This document shows, piece by piece, positions 1-7,636 of a stretch of DNA of 40,425 nt. Each line of letters starts with the position of its first letter. Position 1 is the first letter of the stretch. The position numbers and the translations under genes were made by a program. The notes below the pieces were generated by a model. That model worked only from the letters and a program-made list of their open reading frames with translations. It did not search any database and was not told where the DNA came from. Source of the stretch: Candidatus Methylomirabilota bacterium (GTDB taxonomy: Bacteria > Methylomirabilota > Methylomirabilia > Rokubacteriales > CSP1-6); assembly GCA_035311385.1 (NCBI GenBank), contig DATGCY010000724.1, forward strand, positions 1 through 40,425. Reading direction: 5' to 3'.

Positions 1-141
1 ATCGACGGCCACGCCGTACGCATTCGCCAGATCGTTGAACGACTGGCGGACAGCACCCGCAGCCTCTGGGTCCAACTCGATCACCCGATTGCCGAGCTGC
101 ACCTGTTCCTTCGCCGGTGCCGCTGGCTGCGGTTGGATCAT
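1..141. repeat. Terminal overlap copy 1 (identical to 40285-40425)
   Basis: Compared base by base. On the minus strand it holds codons 1-47 of the scaffold-like gene. Confidence 0.97.
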
Positions 142-425
142 GCCGCTCCCTCCTGCTGCTCTCGCACGTGGCGTTGCTCCGCCTTCTCGCCGGCGACGAC
201 ACGGTTCCGCAGCCGCTGGACGATCCGCCGATAGGCGCCGATCTCATGCGACAGCGTGAGCGCGGTCTCCGACGTCAAGCGCCGGTTCGCGAGCTCGCGG
301 TCCATCTCCTTGAGCGCGTCCTCGACCAGCGCATTGCAGAACGTCTCCATGGCGACGAGCAACGACCGTGCGGCGTGCCCGTCTCCGACGAGCTTCGCGA
401 CGAGCGGATCCAGCTCAATCGCCAT
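138..425 (-). CDS. Hypothetical head-module protein (95 aa)
   Basis: ATG at 425 shares one base with the upstream TGA. Its own TGA overlaps (ATGA) the scaffold-like gene start at 141 (=40425). Helical and charged, no family recognised. Confidence 0.55.
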   Translation of the reverse strand: MAIELDPLVAKLVGDGHAARSLLVAMETFCNALVEDALKEMDRELANRRLTSETALTLSHEIGAYRRIVQRLRNRVVAGEKAEQRHVREQQEGAA

Positions 426-886
426 CAGCCGACCTCGACCAGCTGCTGGGCGTGCTTGTCCACGGAGACGTCCACTTGGATGGCACCGCCGAGCTGGAGC
501 AGATCGATCTCGCGAGCGAGCCGGACCATCTGCTTGCACGCGCCCTCGAGGAGTTCAGTGAGCGGGCGGAAGCGCTCCGGAATGTCGGGACGCAAGACGA
601 GTTGCCCGGCGAGTCGGGCCCAGCGTATCGCCTGATCCTCAAGGCGCTCCGTGTCGCCAGTCATCGTGCCCTGGATGTCCCAGGTCGGATTGCCGCGGAG
701 CCGCCGTGCCGCCGACACGATCGTGTGGTGGAGTCCGATCGTCGTATCGCGGGCCAGCTGCATCCAACCGTGATCGGCGGGGAGCTTGCCCACGTTGTAC
801 GCCAGCCAGACCAGCCACTGACGAGCTTTCGGCAGAGACGCGCCACGCACACGGATCCGGTCACTCACCACCCCCGCCACCTCCAT
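425..886 (-). CDS. Hypothetical head-module protein (153 aa)
   Basis: ORF-track ORF with ATG at 886. Overlaps the upstream gene end by 26 nt and is coupled to the downstream gene. No family recognised. Confidence 0.55.
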   Translation of the reverse strand: MEVAGVVSDRIRVRGASLPKARQWLVWLAYNVGKLPADHGWMQLARDTTIGLHHTIVSAARRLRGNPTWDIQGTMTGDTERLEDQAIRWARLAGQLVLRPDIPERFRPLTELLEGACKQMVRLAREIDLLQLGGAIQVDVSVDKHAQQLVEVG

Positions 887-1052
887 CCTTCGCCTTGCCC
901 AAGGGATACGCCTTCGGAACGCCGCGCCACCGGTCCTTGACGGCTTCGGCCATCGTTCCCGGCCCCGACCACTTCTGATCGCGATCGCGATTCGGAGCGT
1001 TCGCGTCTTCGGGCCGCGTGCTCTCGAAGCCTTTGGTCCAGTCGGCAGCCAT
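861..1052 (-). CDS. Hypothetical protein (63 aa, MAADWTKGFESTRPED...)
   Basis: ATG at 1052 shares a base with the upstream TGA. It is the 3' part of the long shadow ORF 861..1997. Confidence 0.45.
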   Translation of the reverse strand: MAADWTKGFESTRPEDANAPNRDRDQKWSGPGTMAEAVKDRWRGVPKAYPLGKAKDGGGGGGE

Positions 1053-1312
1053 CAGCGCACCGCCTTTTTCTGTTTCTCCTCGATCAGCGAGGAGATGGTC
1101 TTCCGTCCTTCGGGCCGCACCGACACGCCATGCACCTCGAGCGAGAGATCGGCGTGGCCGTCGCGGAGCCGGAGCTCGTCCACGGCGCCGTCCAGTGTGA
1201 CGCGGACGGTTTTCCCCGGCTCCAACGCGCTCCGGAGGCGTTCGGGTTTGGGATCGGCCAAGCAGATCTGCGCTGAGCTGCCGGAGTCGGATGCCCCGCC
1301 GATCACCATCAT
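1052..1312 (-). CDS. Hypothetical protein (86 aa, MMVIGGASDSGSS...)
   Basis: ATGA overlap with the upstream stop (1309-1312). Lies in the operon with the head genes. Confidence 0.5.
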   Translation of the reverse strand: MMVIGGASDSGSSAQICLADPKPERLRSALEPGKTVRVTLDGAVDELRLRDGHADLSLEVHGVSVRPEGRKTISSLIEEKQKKAVR

Positions 1313-2301
1313 ACGCCGCCCCCGCCACCACCCTGCGCGAAGTCGCCGCCCGTCCACGGATTGCCCGCGCCGAAACTGCGGCCCATGTAACTCCCGGCAC
1401 CCATGGCACCGGCGCCGCCCATGCCATATTGGCCCACGCCGCTGCGCTGCTGATAGCCGCCGCCCATCCCGCCGCCCCCGCCCTGCATGCCGAGGCCACC
1501 GCCGTAGCGCGCTTGGAGGACCTGCTGCATCTCCGGCGAGTAGCCGCCGAACATGCCGCCGCCACCGGGCCCAAAGGTTCCGCCGGGGCCGTAATAGCCC
1601 CCGACTGCGGTCCCGAGGCCGCCGCCACCCGCGCCGCCATAGCCCATGCCGCCCCACGTATTCTGGTACATCGGCGGCGCGCCCATCGGCTGCCAGCCAC
1701 CACCGCCGCCACCGGGTTGCCCGAGGCCTGGGAGTTGCCCGGCGGCTTGCGCTTGCGGGTAGCCCCGGAGCTGGTCTTGGAGCCCGGCATTATCGCCGCT
1801 CCAGCCAGCCATGCCGCCACCCGGAATCTGCGGCGTGGTACCGGGCGTGACGGACTCGTTCCACGGCGCGGGTCCCGCGGGAGGCTGCGGCGTGAAGGCA
1901 CCCGGCGTCTGGTTCGGTGGCGTGCGGACGGGACGCTGGTTCTGCCCCGTCGCGAGGAAATCTTGGACCCGGGTCGCCTGCGGTGAGGTAGGCCCAAGCT
2001 GGTTCACCCGTTGCTGCAGCCACGGACGCGCGGCAAGGAACTGCTGTCCCTGCCCACCCTGCGCCGCCTGCTGGAACGCCCCGCGCTGGCGCGGTCCCAA
2101 GCCGAGCCCCAAGCCGAGCGGCGGCGCCGTCGGCGGCCGTGGTGTCGGAGCCGCTCCTGCGCCGGGTCTCTTCGCCTGCCCCGGCGGTGCCGATGGGACG
2201 CGACCGGGCCGCCCGCCGGTTGCCTGCCCCAAGGTGGGTTGGGCGCGCGGCGGGGCCGGACGGGCGGCTGGTCTTGGCGGGGGCTGACCCTTTCTTGGCA
2301 T
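1309..2301 (-). CDS. Gly/Gln/Pro-rich low-complexity protein (330 aa)
   Basis: The C-terminal ~200 aa are almost only G with Q, M, Y, F, W, A and P (GGMGYGGAGGGG..., GGYYGPGGTFGPGGGGMFGGY...). GC3 is high in this frame. AGAGGGG lies upstream of ATG 2301. Confidence 0.6.
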   Translation of the reverse strand: MPRKGQPPPRPAARPAPPRAQPTLGQATGGRPGRVPSAPPGQAKRPGAGAAPTPRPPTAPPLGLGLGLGPRQRGAFQQAAQGGQGQQFLAARPWLQQRVNQLGPTSPQATRVQDFLATGQNQRPVRTPPNQTPGAFTPQPPAGPAPWNESVTPGTTPQIPGGGMAGWSGDNAGLQDQLRGYPQAQAAGQLPGLGQPGGGGGGWQPMGAPPMYQNTWGGMGYGGAGGGGLGTAVGGYYGPGGTFGPGGGGMFGGYSPEMQQVLQARYGGGLGMQGGGGGMGGGYQQRSGVGQYGMGGAGAMGAGSYMGRSFGAGNPWTGGDFAQGGGGGGV

Positions 2302-2334
2302 CGGTCGCTTACCCCTCTATGCCCTCACGCGATG

Positions 2335-2586
2335 TCAGACCGGCGTCTGCCATTCGCAGTCGAAATCCGCATCGGATTTCTTGACGAGGATCTGGCCCGT
2401 CACTCCACCCGCTGGCACGCCGGGCCCCGTTGGTCCGGCGGGTCCGGCTGGGCCAGTCGCACCGTCCGCGCCGTCCGCGCCTGGCGGTCCCGGTGGCCCT
2501 GGCACCCCTGGCGGCGGTGGGTACTCCACCTCGATCGGGGAATCATGTGGCCACGACGGCACGCGGGGCGTTACCTCTCCAGCCAT
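2335..2586 (-). CDS. Collagen-like repeat protein (83 aa)
   Basis: About nine G-X-Y triplets (GVPGPPGPPGADGADGATGPAGPAGPTGPG), then GQILVKKSDADFDCEW. GAGGTGAG RBS. Confidence 0.7.
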   Translation of the reverse strand: MAGEVTPRVPSWPHDSPIEVEYPPPPGVPGPPGPPGADGADGATGPAGPAGPTGPGVPAGGVTGQILVKKSDADFDCEWQTPV

Positions 2587-2595
2587 GGTCTCACC

Positions 2596-4638
2596 TCACG
2601 GCATTTGCTGGCCGCGCTGGCCTGTTGGATTCGGAGGAGGCCCGGCGGCGGCGGCCGCAGGATTCGCGGCGGGATTCTGCGGTGCCCCAGGTCCGCCACC
2701 GGGCGGCATTCCAGCCTGCGCCTGCAGCATGGCCGGATCAGGCATCGGCTCGTCGGGATCGCGTTCGACATCGCTGGGATCGATCCCAAGCGATTGCAAG
2801 ATGATGGCGTACTCCTTGAGCGGCGAGAAGCGCGTCGTGATCACTTGGAGCAACGCGGGATTTGATGCAGCCTGTTGTCGGAGCATCATCAGCTTCTGGA
2901 GATCCTTCACGCGTTGCAGCTGGTACTTGTAGCCCTGCACCTTGAAACTGGGCGCCGACGCGAAACACGCAAAGCGCTCCTGCGGCGAGAGCATCGCCAA
3001 GCTCTGCGCATTCTCCGGCCCAACGATGCCGCCCATCCGCGCAATCATCGAGTCGTCGGCAAACTGCCAGATCGTCAGCCAGCAGAGCTCGAGCAACGGC
3101 TCAATCGCGGTGTCCTCGAACCTGAGCGCAATGTTCGAGAACAGATCGTTGCCGGCATCCTCGACCTGCATGATCTCCGTCGCGGATTGCTTCCGCTGCG
3201 GCAGCCGGCCGAGCTGCAAATCGTTGATGCGAAAGGCCTCTTGGCGCATCCGGCTGATCCGGTCCAAGACGTTCAGCATGTCCTGGTTGAGCGTCCCGGT
3301 ATCGACCCGCTTGACCACATCGGCGTCCCCGCGGCCTTCCGCGATCTCGAGATCGATCCCCGGGCGCAGCCCGCCCTGAATTACACTGGGGTCCTCCAGC
3401 ATGTAGGAGCGGATCTCCTTCACGCCCAGTGCCGCGTTGAACCCGGCATCGATCATCAGGTTCGTCAGCTCCGACTCGGCTTCGACCAGCGGCCGAGCGA
3501 TGTCGATGAACGCATGGTGCTGCTCCGCCGTCGGCGTCGGCAGCAACGGCACGGAGATGAACGGCCGCTTGCCTGCCCAGAGGATGTCTCGGATCCGCAC
3601 CGGTCTCCGGACGACCGACGTCCCCCCAGCCGTCAGGAACATGATGCCCCGGCAAATCATCTGGCCGGTCTGCGGGTGGATCAGATCCCCCCAGTATTCG
3701 CGCAGCAGAGCCCGGTGCTGGGGCTGGCGGAGCGCAGGGGCTATCCCCTCCCTGCGGCGCTGCTGCTCAAGCTTCTCGCCGCCCGGAGACGCGTGACGCA
3801 TCTTCTCGATCTCAGTCTGCGAAAAGCCCAGCTCCGGCAGATCGGAGATCGCGATCTCCACCTCGTGGATGTCGTAGTGATGCGCCGCAGACGGATCCGG
3901 GTAGTGGTCCTCGAATGGCACGATGTCGATCCGCAGCCGCATCGTCGCCTTCGTCTCGAGCTTGAGCGACCCGCCCGGGCCAATCGAGAAGATCTGCTGG
4001 TCATCGGGCGCCATGGTCACTTTCCAGGTCACCACCGATTCGATCAGCCCGATCTTCAGCGAATCGTAGACGAGCCGCCCGATGCCGTAGGTGGTCGGGA
4101 TCTTCCCGCCCTCGACCGCCAGCCGCTCGATCTCTTGGCCCAGGATCTTGCACGCCTGATCGGCATCCAGGCCCGGCAGCGGGGGCTCCACGCCCTCGTA
4201 CTTGGCCGAGAACCAATGCGAAAACCCGACCAGCTGCTGTGTCAGCTGCGCGCAGACCTGCTCCATCGACGTCTCGAGCGACGGGATCACGATGGCCGAC
4301 TGGCCCGCCCGCTTCTTCACCAGAAACTCGAACTTGCCGTGGAACGCGTCCCAGTTCCGGCGGTTCAGCTTCCGGCGCGTCTCCCGTGTCGACTTCGATT
4401 GCTCGTAGGCGATCTGCATCGCTTGGAGCAGGATCGCATCGTCCACCTGCGGCAGCGGGTCGGGATCCTCGATCGGCGGTGCCTCTGCGCCGAGATCAGG
4501 TGGCGGCGGGGGCGGGCCACCCATCGGCATCCCGGGCGGCGGCATGCCCGGCTGCGGCGGCTGCGGCAGCGGCGGCGGATTCGGGATCCCGGCCAGCGGG
4601 GCCCCCGGATCGAGCGGAATGCCCGGCCCGCCGTTCAC
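2596..4638 (-). CDS. Portal protein (680 aa)
   Basis: Lies immediately downstream of terL (GTGA overlap). Size and position are typical of a portal. Pro-rich N- and C-terminal tails. The assignment is positional plus general resemblance. Confidence 0.65.
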   Translation of the reverse strand: MNGGPGIPLDPGAPLAGIPNPPPLPQPPQPGMPPPGMPMGGPPPPPPDLGAEAPPIEDPDPLPQVDDAILLQAMQIAYEQSKSTRETRRKLNRRNWDAFHGKFEFLVKKRAGQSAIVIPSLETSMEQVCAQLTQQLVGFSHWFSAKYEGVEPPLPGLDADQACKILGQEIERLAVEGGKIPTTYGIGRLVYDSLKIGLIESVVTWKVTMAPDDQQIFSIGPGGSLKLETKATMRLRIDIVPFEDHYPDPSAAHHYDIHEVEIAISDLPELGFSQTEIEKMRHASPGGEKLEQQRRREGIAPALRQPQHRALLREYWGDLIHPQTGQMICRGIMFLTAGGTSVVRRPVRIRDILWAGKRPFISVPLLPTPTAEQHHAFIDIARPLVEAESELTNLMIDAGFNAALGVKEIRSYMLEDPSVIQGGLRPGIDLEIAEGRGDADVVKRVDTGTLNQDMLNVLDRISRMRQEAFRINDLQLGRLPQRKQSATEIMQVEDAGNDLFSNIALRFEDTAIEPLLELCWLTIWQFADDSMIARMGGIVGPENAQSLAMLSPQERFACFASAPSFKVQGYKYQLQRVKDLQKLMMLRQQAASNPALLQVITTRFSPLKEYAIILQSLGIDPSDVERDPDEPMPDPAMLQAQAGMPPGGGPGAPQNPAANPAAAAAGPPPNPTGQRGQQMP

Positions 4639-6116
4639 AGGAGATCCCGCTGCTCGCGCTGGAAGCCGTACGCCGGCGGCGGAATGGGCGCCCGCTTCGG
4701 CTGCCCGATCCGGGTCGCCTGCGTCAACGATGCCGCCTCACGCAAGAACAGGATGTAGCCCATCGCGTCCGAGATGTGGGTGCGCTGATAGTACGGGTCG
4801 TCCCGCTTGTGGCTCTTGTTGATGTGCCCGCCGTCACGGCTCCAGAGCACCTGCTCCAAGTCGGCAATGAGCTCGACGCACCCCGGCGCCACCTCGAGGC
4901 GCACGGGGGCCCCCGCCGCCCCCAAGAGGAAGTTCACCAAGTTGACCCGGTTCCGGTCGGGCGGATTCTGCGGCGGCACGGCAAGTCGCACCCGCGGCCC
5001 GCCTGCCATCGCCGCCAACAGCACCTCGTAATCCGTTTTTCCCGTCTGCGCGTGGCGATGTTCGGCCATGGCGTCACCGCACAAGACGATCTCGTGCCGA
5101 TGAGTCGAGAAACGTTCGCGGATGGTGTCGCCCAGCTCGCCCAGCGTCCCGGGCCGGAGCACGATCTCATCCAGCGCCCGCCAGATTTTGCCGTGCTGCT
5201 GCATGATGATCGCGCAGAGCGGATCGACGTTCACATCCACGCCCACATAGAGCGGACGCATCGGGTCGATCGACGGCGGCCCCAAGGTCTTGTTGACGTG
5301 CAGTCGGCGCTCGAACCCGCTGTAACAGCGTGCCCCGATCAATCCCGGCAGGAGCTCGCCCAAGATGCGGATCCGGTAGTCAAGCGACCCCGGTGCGTAG
5401 AGCCGCCGTGCGAGGCCGAGCTGCTCCTCCGTGATGTACGGATTGTCCGCCATCGAGACGTTGATGATCCGCGTGTCGTCGCCCAGCCGCTTGTGCAGCC
5501 ACGGCTCGATCTTCTCGGACCAGAGCCACTGACAGACGCCCCCCGACTGCCCCGGCGGCGGCAGCAAGGTCGCCGCCATCCGCACCAAGACGCGGCTCCC
5601 CGCCCCGAACCGAATCGCGCACTCGTTGTAGATCGGCCACGTCGGCGGCTCGTCGTAGTCCACCTCGTCGATCGCCGCCCCAGCGAATTTATCGCGTCCT
5701 TGCTCGCAGCTCTTGAGCACGCACCGCCAGCCCTCGTGCCCGATCACCTCCCAGTCCGGCGACGTCCGCACCTGCGCGATCTCGGTCTCCGGAATGAACG
5801 GCACGATGCCCGGGGCGCCCTCGTAGAGCTGCGGGACGATGTTCTGGCGGCTCATCGCGTTCGACGGCGAGACGATCCAGATCAGTTTCGCCGCGCCGCT
5901 CCGCAGCCGCCGCGCCACCCGCGCACAGAGCGCAATCGTCTTCCCCGATCGGTTGGCGCCGAGCAACAGCACTTCGCGCGTATCGTCGTCCTCGACGAAC
6001 TGCTGCTGCTTCGGATGCGCCTTCGGGAAGCTGCGAAAGTGGCGGAGCGCATCGGTGGCGACCCGCCGCTCCCATTCGTCGACCACCTCGGCGGCATAGG
6101 CGAGCGCGTCCTCCAC
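4635..6116 (-). CDS. terL: Terminase large subunit
   Basis: Walker A GANRSGKT and Walker B-like AIDEVDYDE. The only in-frame start found after the upstream stop is GTG 6116 (TAGTG overlap). The upstream part of ORF 4635..6377 overlaps the membrane-protein gene. Confidence 0.85.
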   Translation of the reverse strand: MEDALAYAAEVVDEWERRVATDALRHFRSFPKAHPKQQQFVEDDDTREVLLLGANRSGKTIALCARVARRLRSGAAKLIWIVSPSNAMSRQNIVPQLYEGAPGIVPFIPETEIAQVRTSPDWEVIGHEGWRCVLKSCEQGRDKFAGAAIDEVDYDEPPTWPIYNECAIRFGAGSRVLVRMAATLLPPPGQSGGVCQWLWSEKIEPWLHKRLGDDTRIINVSMADNPYITEEQLGLARRLYAPGSLDYRIRILGELLPGLIGARCYSGFERRLHVNKTLGPPSIDPMRPLYVGVDVNVDPLCAIIMQQHGKIWRALDEIVLRPGTLGELGDTIRERFSTHRHEIVLCGDAMAEHRHAQTGKTDYEVLLAAMAGGPRVRLAVPPQNPPDRNRVNLVNFLLGAAGAPVRLEVAPGCVELIADLEQVLWSRDGGHINKSHKRDDPYYQRTHISDAMGYILFLREAASLTQATRIGQPKRAPIPPPAYGFQREQRDLL

Positions 6117-6322
6117 TAGGTCAGGTACCTTCGCGGCGGCATCAGCCAGCTGATCCGCTGCGGGATCAGGCCGACCAGCGACAAGAGCCACAAGATCACC
6201 GCGATCACGATGACCACCCGGATCACCTGCTTGATCGCGGGATCGATCGGCAGCAGCGTCTCGACGAGGTAGAGGATCAGCCCGATCACGATCAAGATGA
6301 CGATCAACTGGATCAAGGGCAC
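6116..6322 (-). CDS. Small two-TM membrane protein (68 aa)
   Basis: Two Ile/Leu/Val-rich hydrophobic helices (LIQLIVILIVIGLILYLV, VIRVVIVIAVILWLLSLVGL). GTG start 5 nt after AAGGAGGT. Confidence 0.65.
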   Translation of the reverse strand: MPLIQLIVILIVIGLILYLVETLLPIDPAIKQVIRVVIVIAVILWLLSLVGLIPQRISWLMPPRRYLT

Positions 6323-6846
6323 GGTGCACCTCCTTCACCCTTGCCGTTCGACTCGACGGGAATCGCCGGCGGGGCACAGACGGGACAGACGCCTTGCTCC
6401 TCCTTCAAGCGTCGCGCCATCGCCAAGACCACGCCCACCAGCTGCTTCTCCGTCATCGCCCCCGGCGCTTGTCGGGTGGGCTTCGGCCCCTCGAGCAAGA
6501 CCGCCAGCCGCACTTGGCCTTCACTCGCCCGCAAGACGCCCGTCGCCGCCTGACTGACGCGCTGGGCGACGCTGGCGCACTCCCGCAATAGGAACAGCGC
6601 TTCCTTGCCGTCGAAGTCGCCCACGTCGACGCGCTGGCGCACCAGCCCCGTCAGCTTCCGCACGATCGGCTCGAGCGCCGTCCACGCCCCGACCATCCCC
6701 TCGCCGGCATCCAAGGTCTTCCGCGCGAGATCGACCACGCGCTCGCCGGAGAGCCGCGTCAGCCCGTGGGTCGCCGTCAAGTCGGTCGCGACATGCTGCG
6801 GGACGAGACCGGCAGCGGCGCCGCGTTTGCGCGTCCGCCCCGCCAT
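6313..6846 (-). CDS. Putative terminase small subunit (177 aa)
   Basis: Basic N-terminus. It is the sizeable gene just upstream of terL. The assignment is positional only. Confidence 0.4.
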   Translation of the reverse strand: MAGRTRKRGAAAGLVPQHVATDLTATHGLTRLSGERVVDLARKTLDAGEGMVGAWTALEPIVRKLTGLVRQRVDVGDFDGKEALFLLRECASVAQRVSQAATGVLRASEGQVRLAVLLEGPKPTRQAPGAMTEKQLVGVVLAMARRLKEEQGVCPVCAPPAIPVESNGKGEGGAPCP

Positions 6847-6855
6847 CGCGCCCGC

Positions 6856-7047
6856 TCAGTACGTGTCGCTGGGCGTCGCCTCGCCGCCCCCACCACCCGG
6901 CTTGCCCGGCGTGGCCCCCTTCGCGGTCTCCTTCGACCACCCCGGGCCGGGACTCGGCCGACTCTCGTTCGTCTTCTCGGTCCCCGGCGCCGCGCCTGGC
7001 ACCTGCCCGGCTGGGGCGATCACTTCGTAGCCATCGGTGAACGGCAT
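6856..7047 (-). CDS. Hypothetical Gly/Pro-rich protein (63 aa)
   Basis: GAGGAGG lies 9 nt upstream of ATG 7047. It is the 3' end of the composite ORF 6856..7569. Confidence 0.5.
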   Translation of the reverse strand: MPFTDGYEVIAPAGQVPGAAPGTEKTNESRPSPGPGWSKETAKGATPGKPGGGGGEATPSDTY

Positions 7048-7061
7048 GGAGAGCAGCCTCC

Positions 7062-7202
7062 TCAGTATTGGATCACTTGCGTCTTCGGGGGCGCATCGGG
7101 ATCGACGGGCTCTTCCTTCGTCGGCGGCGGGACCTCCTCGTCCTCCTCCGGGGGCGGCTCGTGCTCCGGATGCTCCGCGCGATGCGATGGGTGCTTTGCC
7201 AT
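7062..7202 (-). CDS. Acidic/Pro-rich micro-protein (46 aa, MAKHPSHRAEHPEHEPPPEEDEEV...)
   Basis: Translated by hand because it is below the ORF-track cutoff. GAGGAGG lies 4 nt upstream of the ATG. It is the first gene of the long minus-strand late block. Confidence 0.4.
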   Translation of the reverse strand: MAKHPSHRAEHPEHEPPPEEDEEVPPPTKEEPVDPDAPPKTQVIQY

Positions 7203-7227
7203 GCCCCTCCTCTATGCCCCCCGCGCG

Positions 7228-7257
7228 TTGACACCGGCTGCATCGCGGCGTTACATC
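7228..7257 (+). promoter_or_regulatory. Candidate sigma-70-type promoter giving a leaderless or near-leaderless mRNA
   Basis: TTGACA (7228-7233), N18, TACATC (7252-7257), N9, ATG 7267. No SD before the ATG. Confidence 0.35.
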
Positions 7258-7266
7258 GGCCAGCAC

Positions 7267-7482
7267 ATGAGCACCCCAGCCGATCGCCACCCCTTCGACC
7301 CCGTCTCCGAGGCCATCGGGGAGCTCCGCGCCGAGATGCGCGCCGTCCGCAGTACCCTTGAGCACGTGGATACCCGCGTCGGCCGCCTCGAAGATCGCAT
7401 GTGGTGGGTGATCGGCATCGTCGTCACCGGGCTGCTGGCCCAAGTCGGCACCTTGGTCGCCGTCCTCGTGCGCGCGCACTAA
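7267..7482 (+). CDS. XhlA-like membrane protein (71 aa)
   Basis: N-terminal coiled coil (ELRAEMRAVRSTLEHVDTRVGRLEDR) plus one C-terminal TM (WWVIGIVVTGLLAQVGTLVAVLV). GC3 is much higher than in the antisense frame. Confidence 0.6.
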   Translation: MSTPADRHPFDPVSEAIGELRAEMRAVRSTLEHVDTRVGRLEDRMWWVIGIVVTGLLAQVGTLVAVLVRAH

Positions 7483-7544
7483 CGACCTCCCGCGACCTCC
7501 CGCCAGCCCCTGCGCCGTCCCGCCACCCTGGCGCGCGCGCACTA
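7470..7544. repeat. Exact 14-bp direct repeat GCGCGCGCACTAAC (x2) enclosing a tandem 10-mer
   Basis: Copies at 7470-7483 and 7531-7544. A one-mismatch third copy lies at 7937-7950. GACCTCCCGC x2 at 7484-7503. Confidence 0.9.
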
Positions 7545-7577
7545 ACCGAGCGTGCATCGGACTGCACACGTTGCAAG

Positions 7578-7593
7578 TCTGGCACCTCGCATG
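7578..7593 (+). promoter_or_regulatory. -24/-12 (sigma-54-type)-like element
   Basis: TGGCAC-N5-ATGCT has one mismatch to TGGCAC-N5-TTGCW. Its 3' end lies 43 nt upstream of ATG 7637. Confidence 0.25.
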
Positions 7594-7636
7594 CTACGTG
7601 CCTCCCGTTCGTCGTCGTCGTACGGAGGTCGGTCGC

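Noticed and set aside
861-1997. 378-aa minus-strand ORF and the Arg/Pro-rich ORFs 1052-1657 (-), 1095-1850 (+) and 1291-1986 (+)
   Set aside because: They are alternative frames of the Gly-rich gene region with Arg/Pro-dominated translations. Only the short 3' parts (861-1052, 1052-1312), which follow RBS or overlap-coupled starts, were kept.
6856-7569. 237-aa minus-strand ORF spanning the XhlA-like gene
   Set aside because: It is composite. Only the last 63 codons (6856-7047) have an RBS-preceded ATG. The part antisense to 7267-7482 has lower GC3 than the plus-strand gene and no features.
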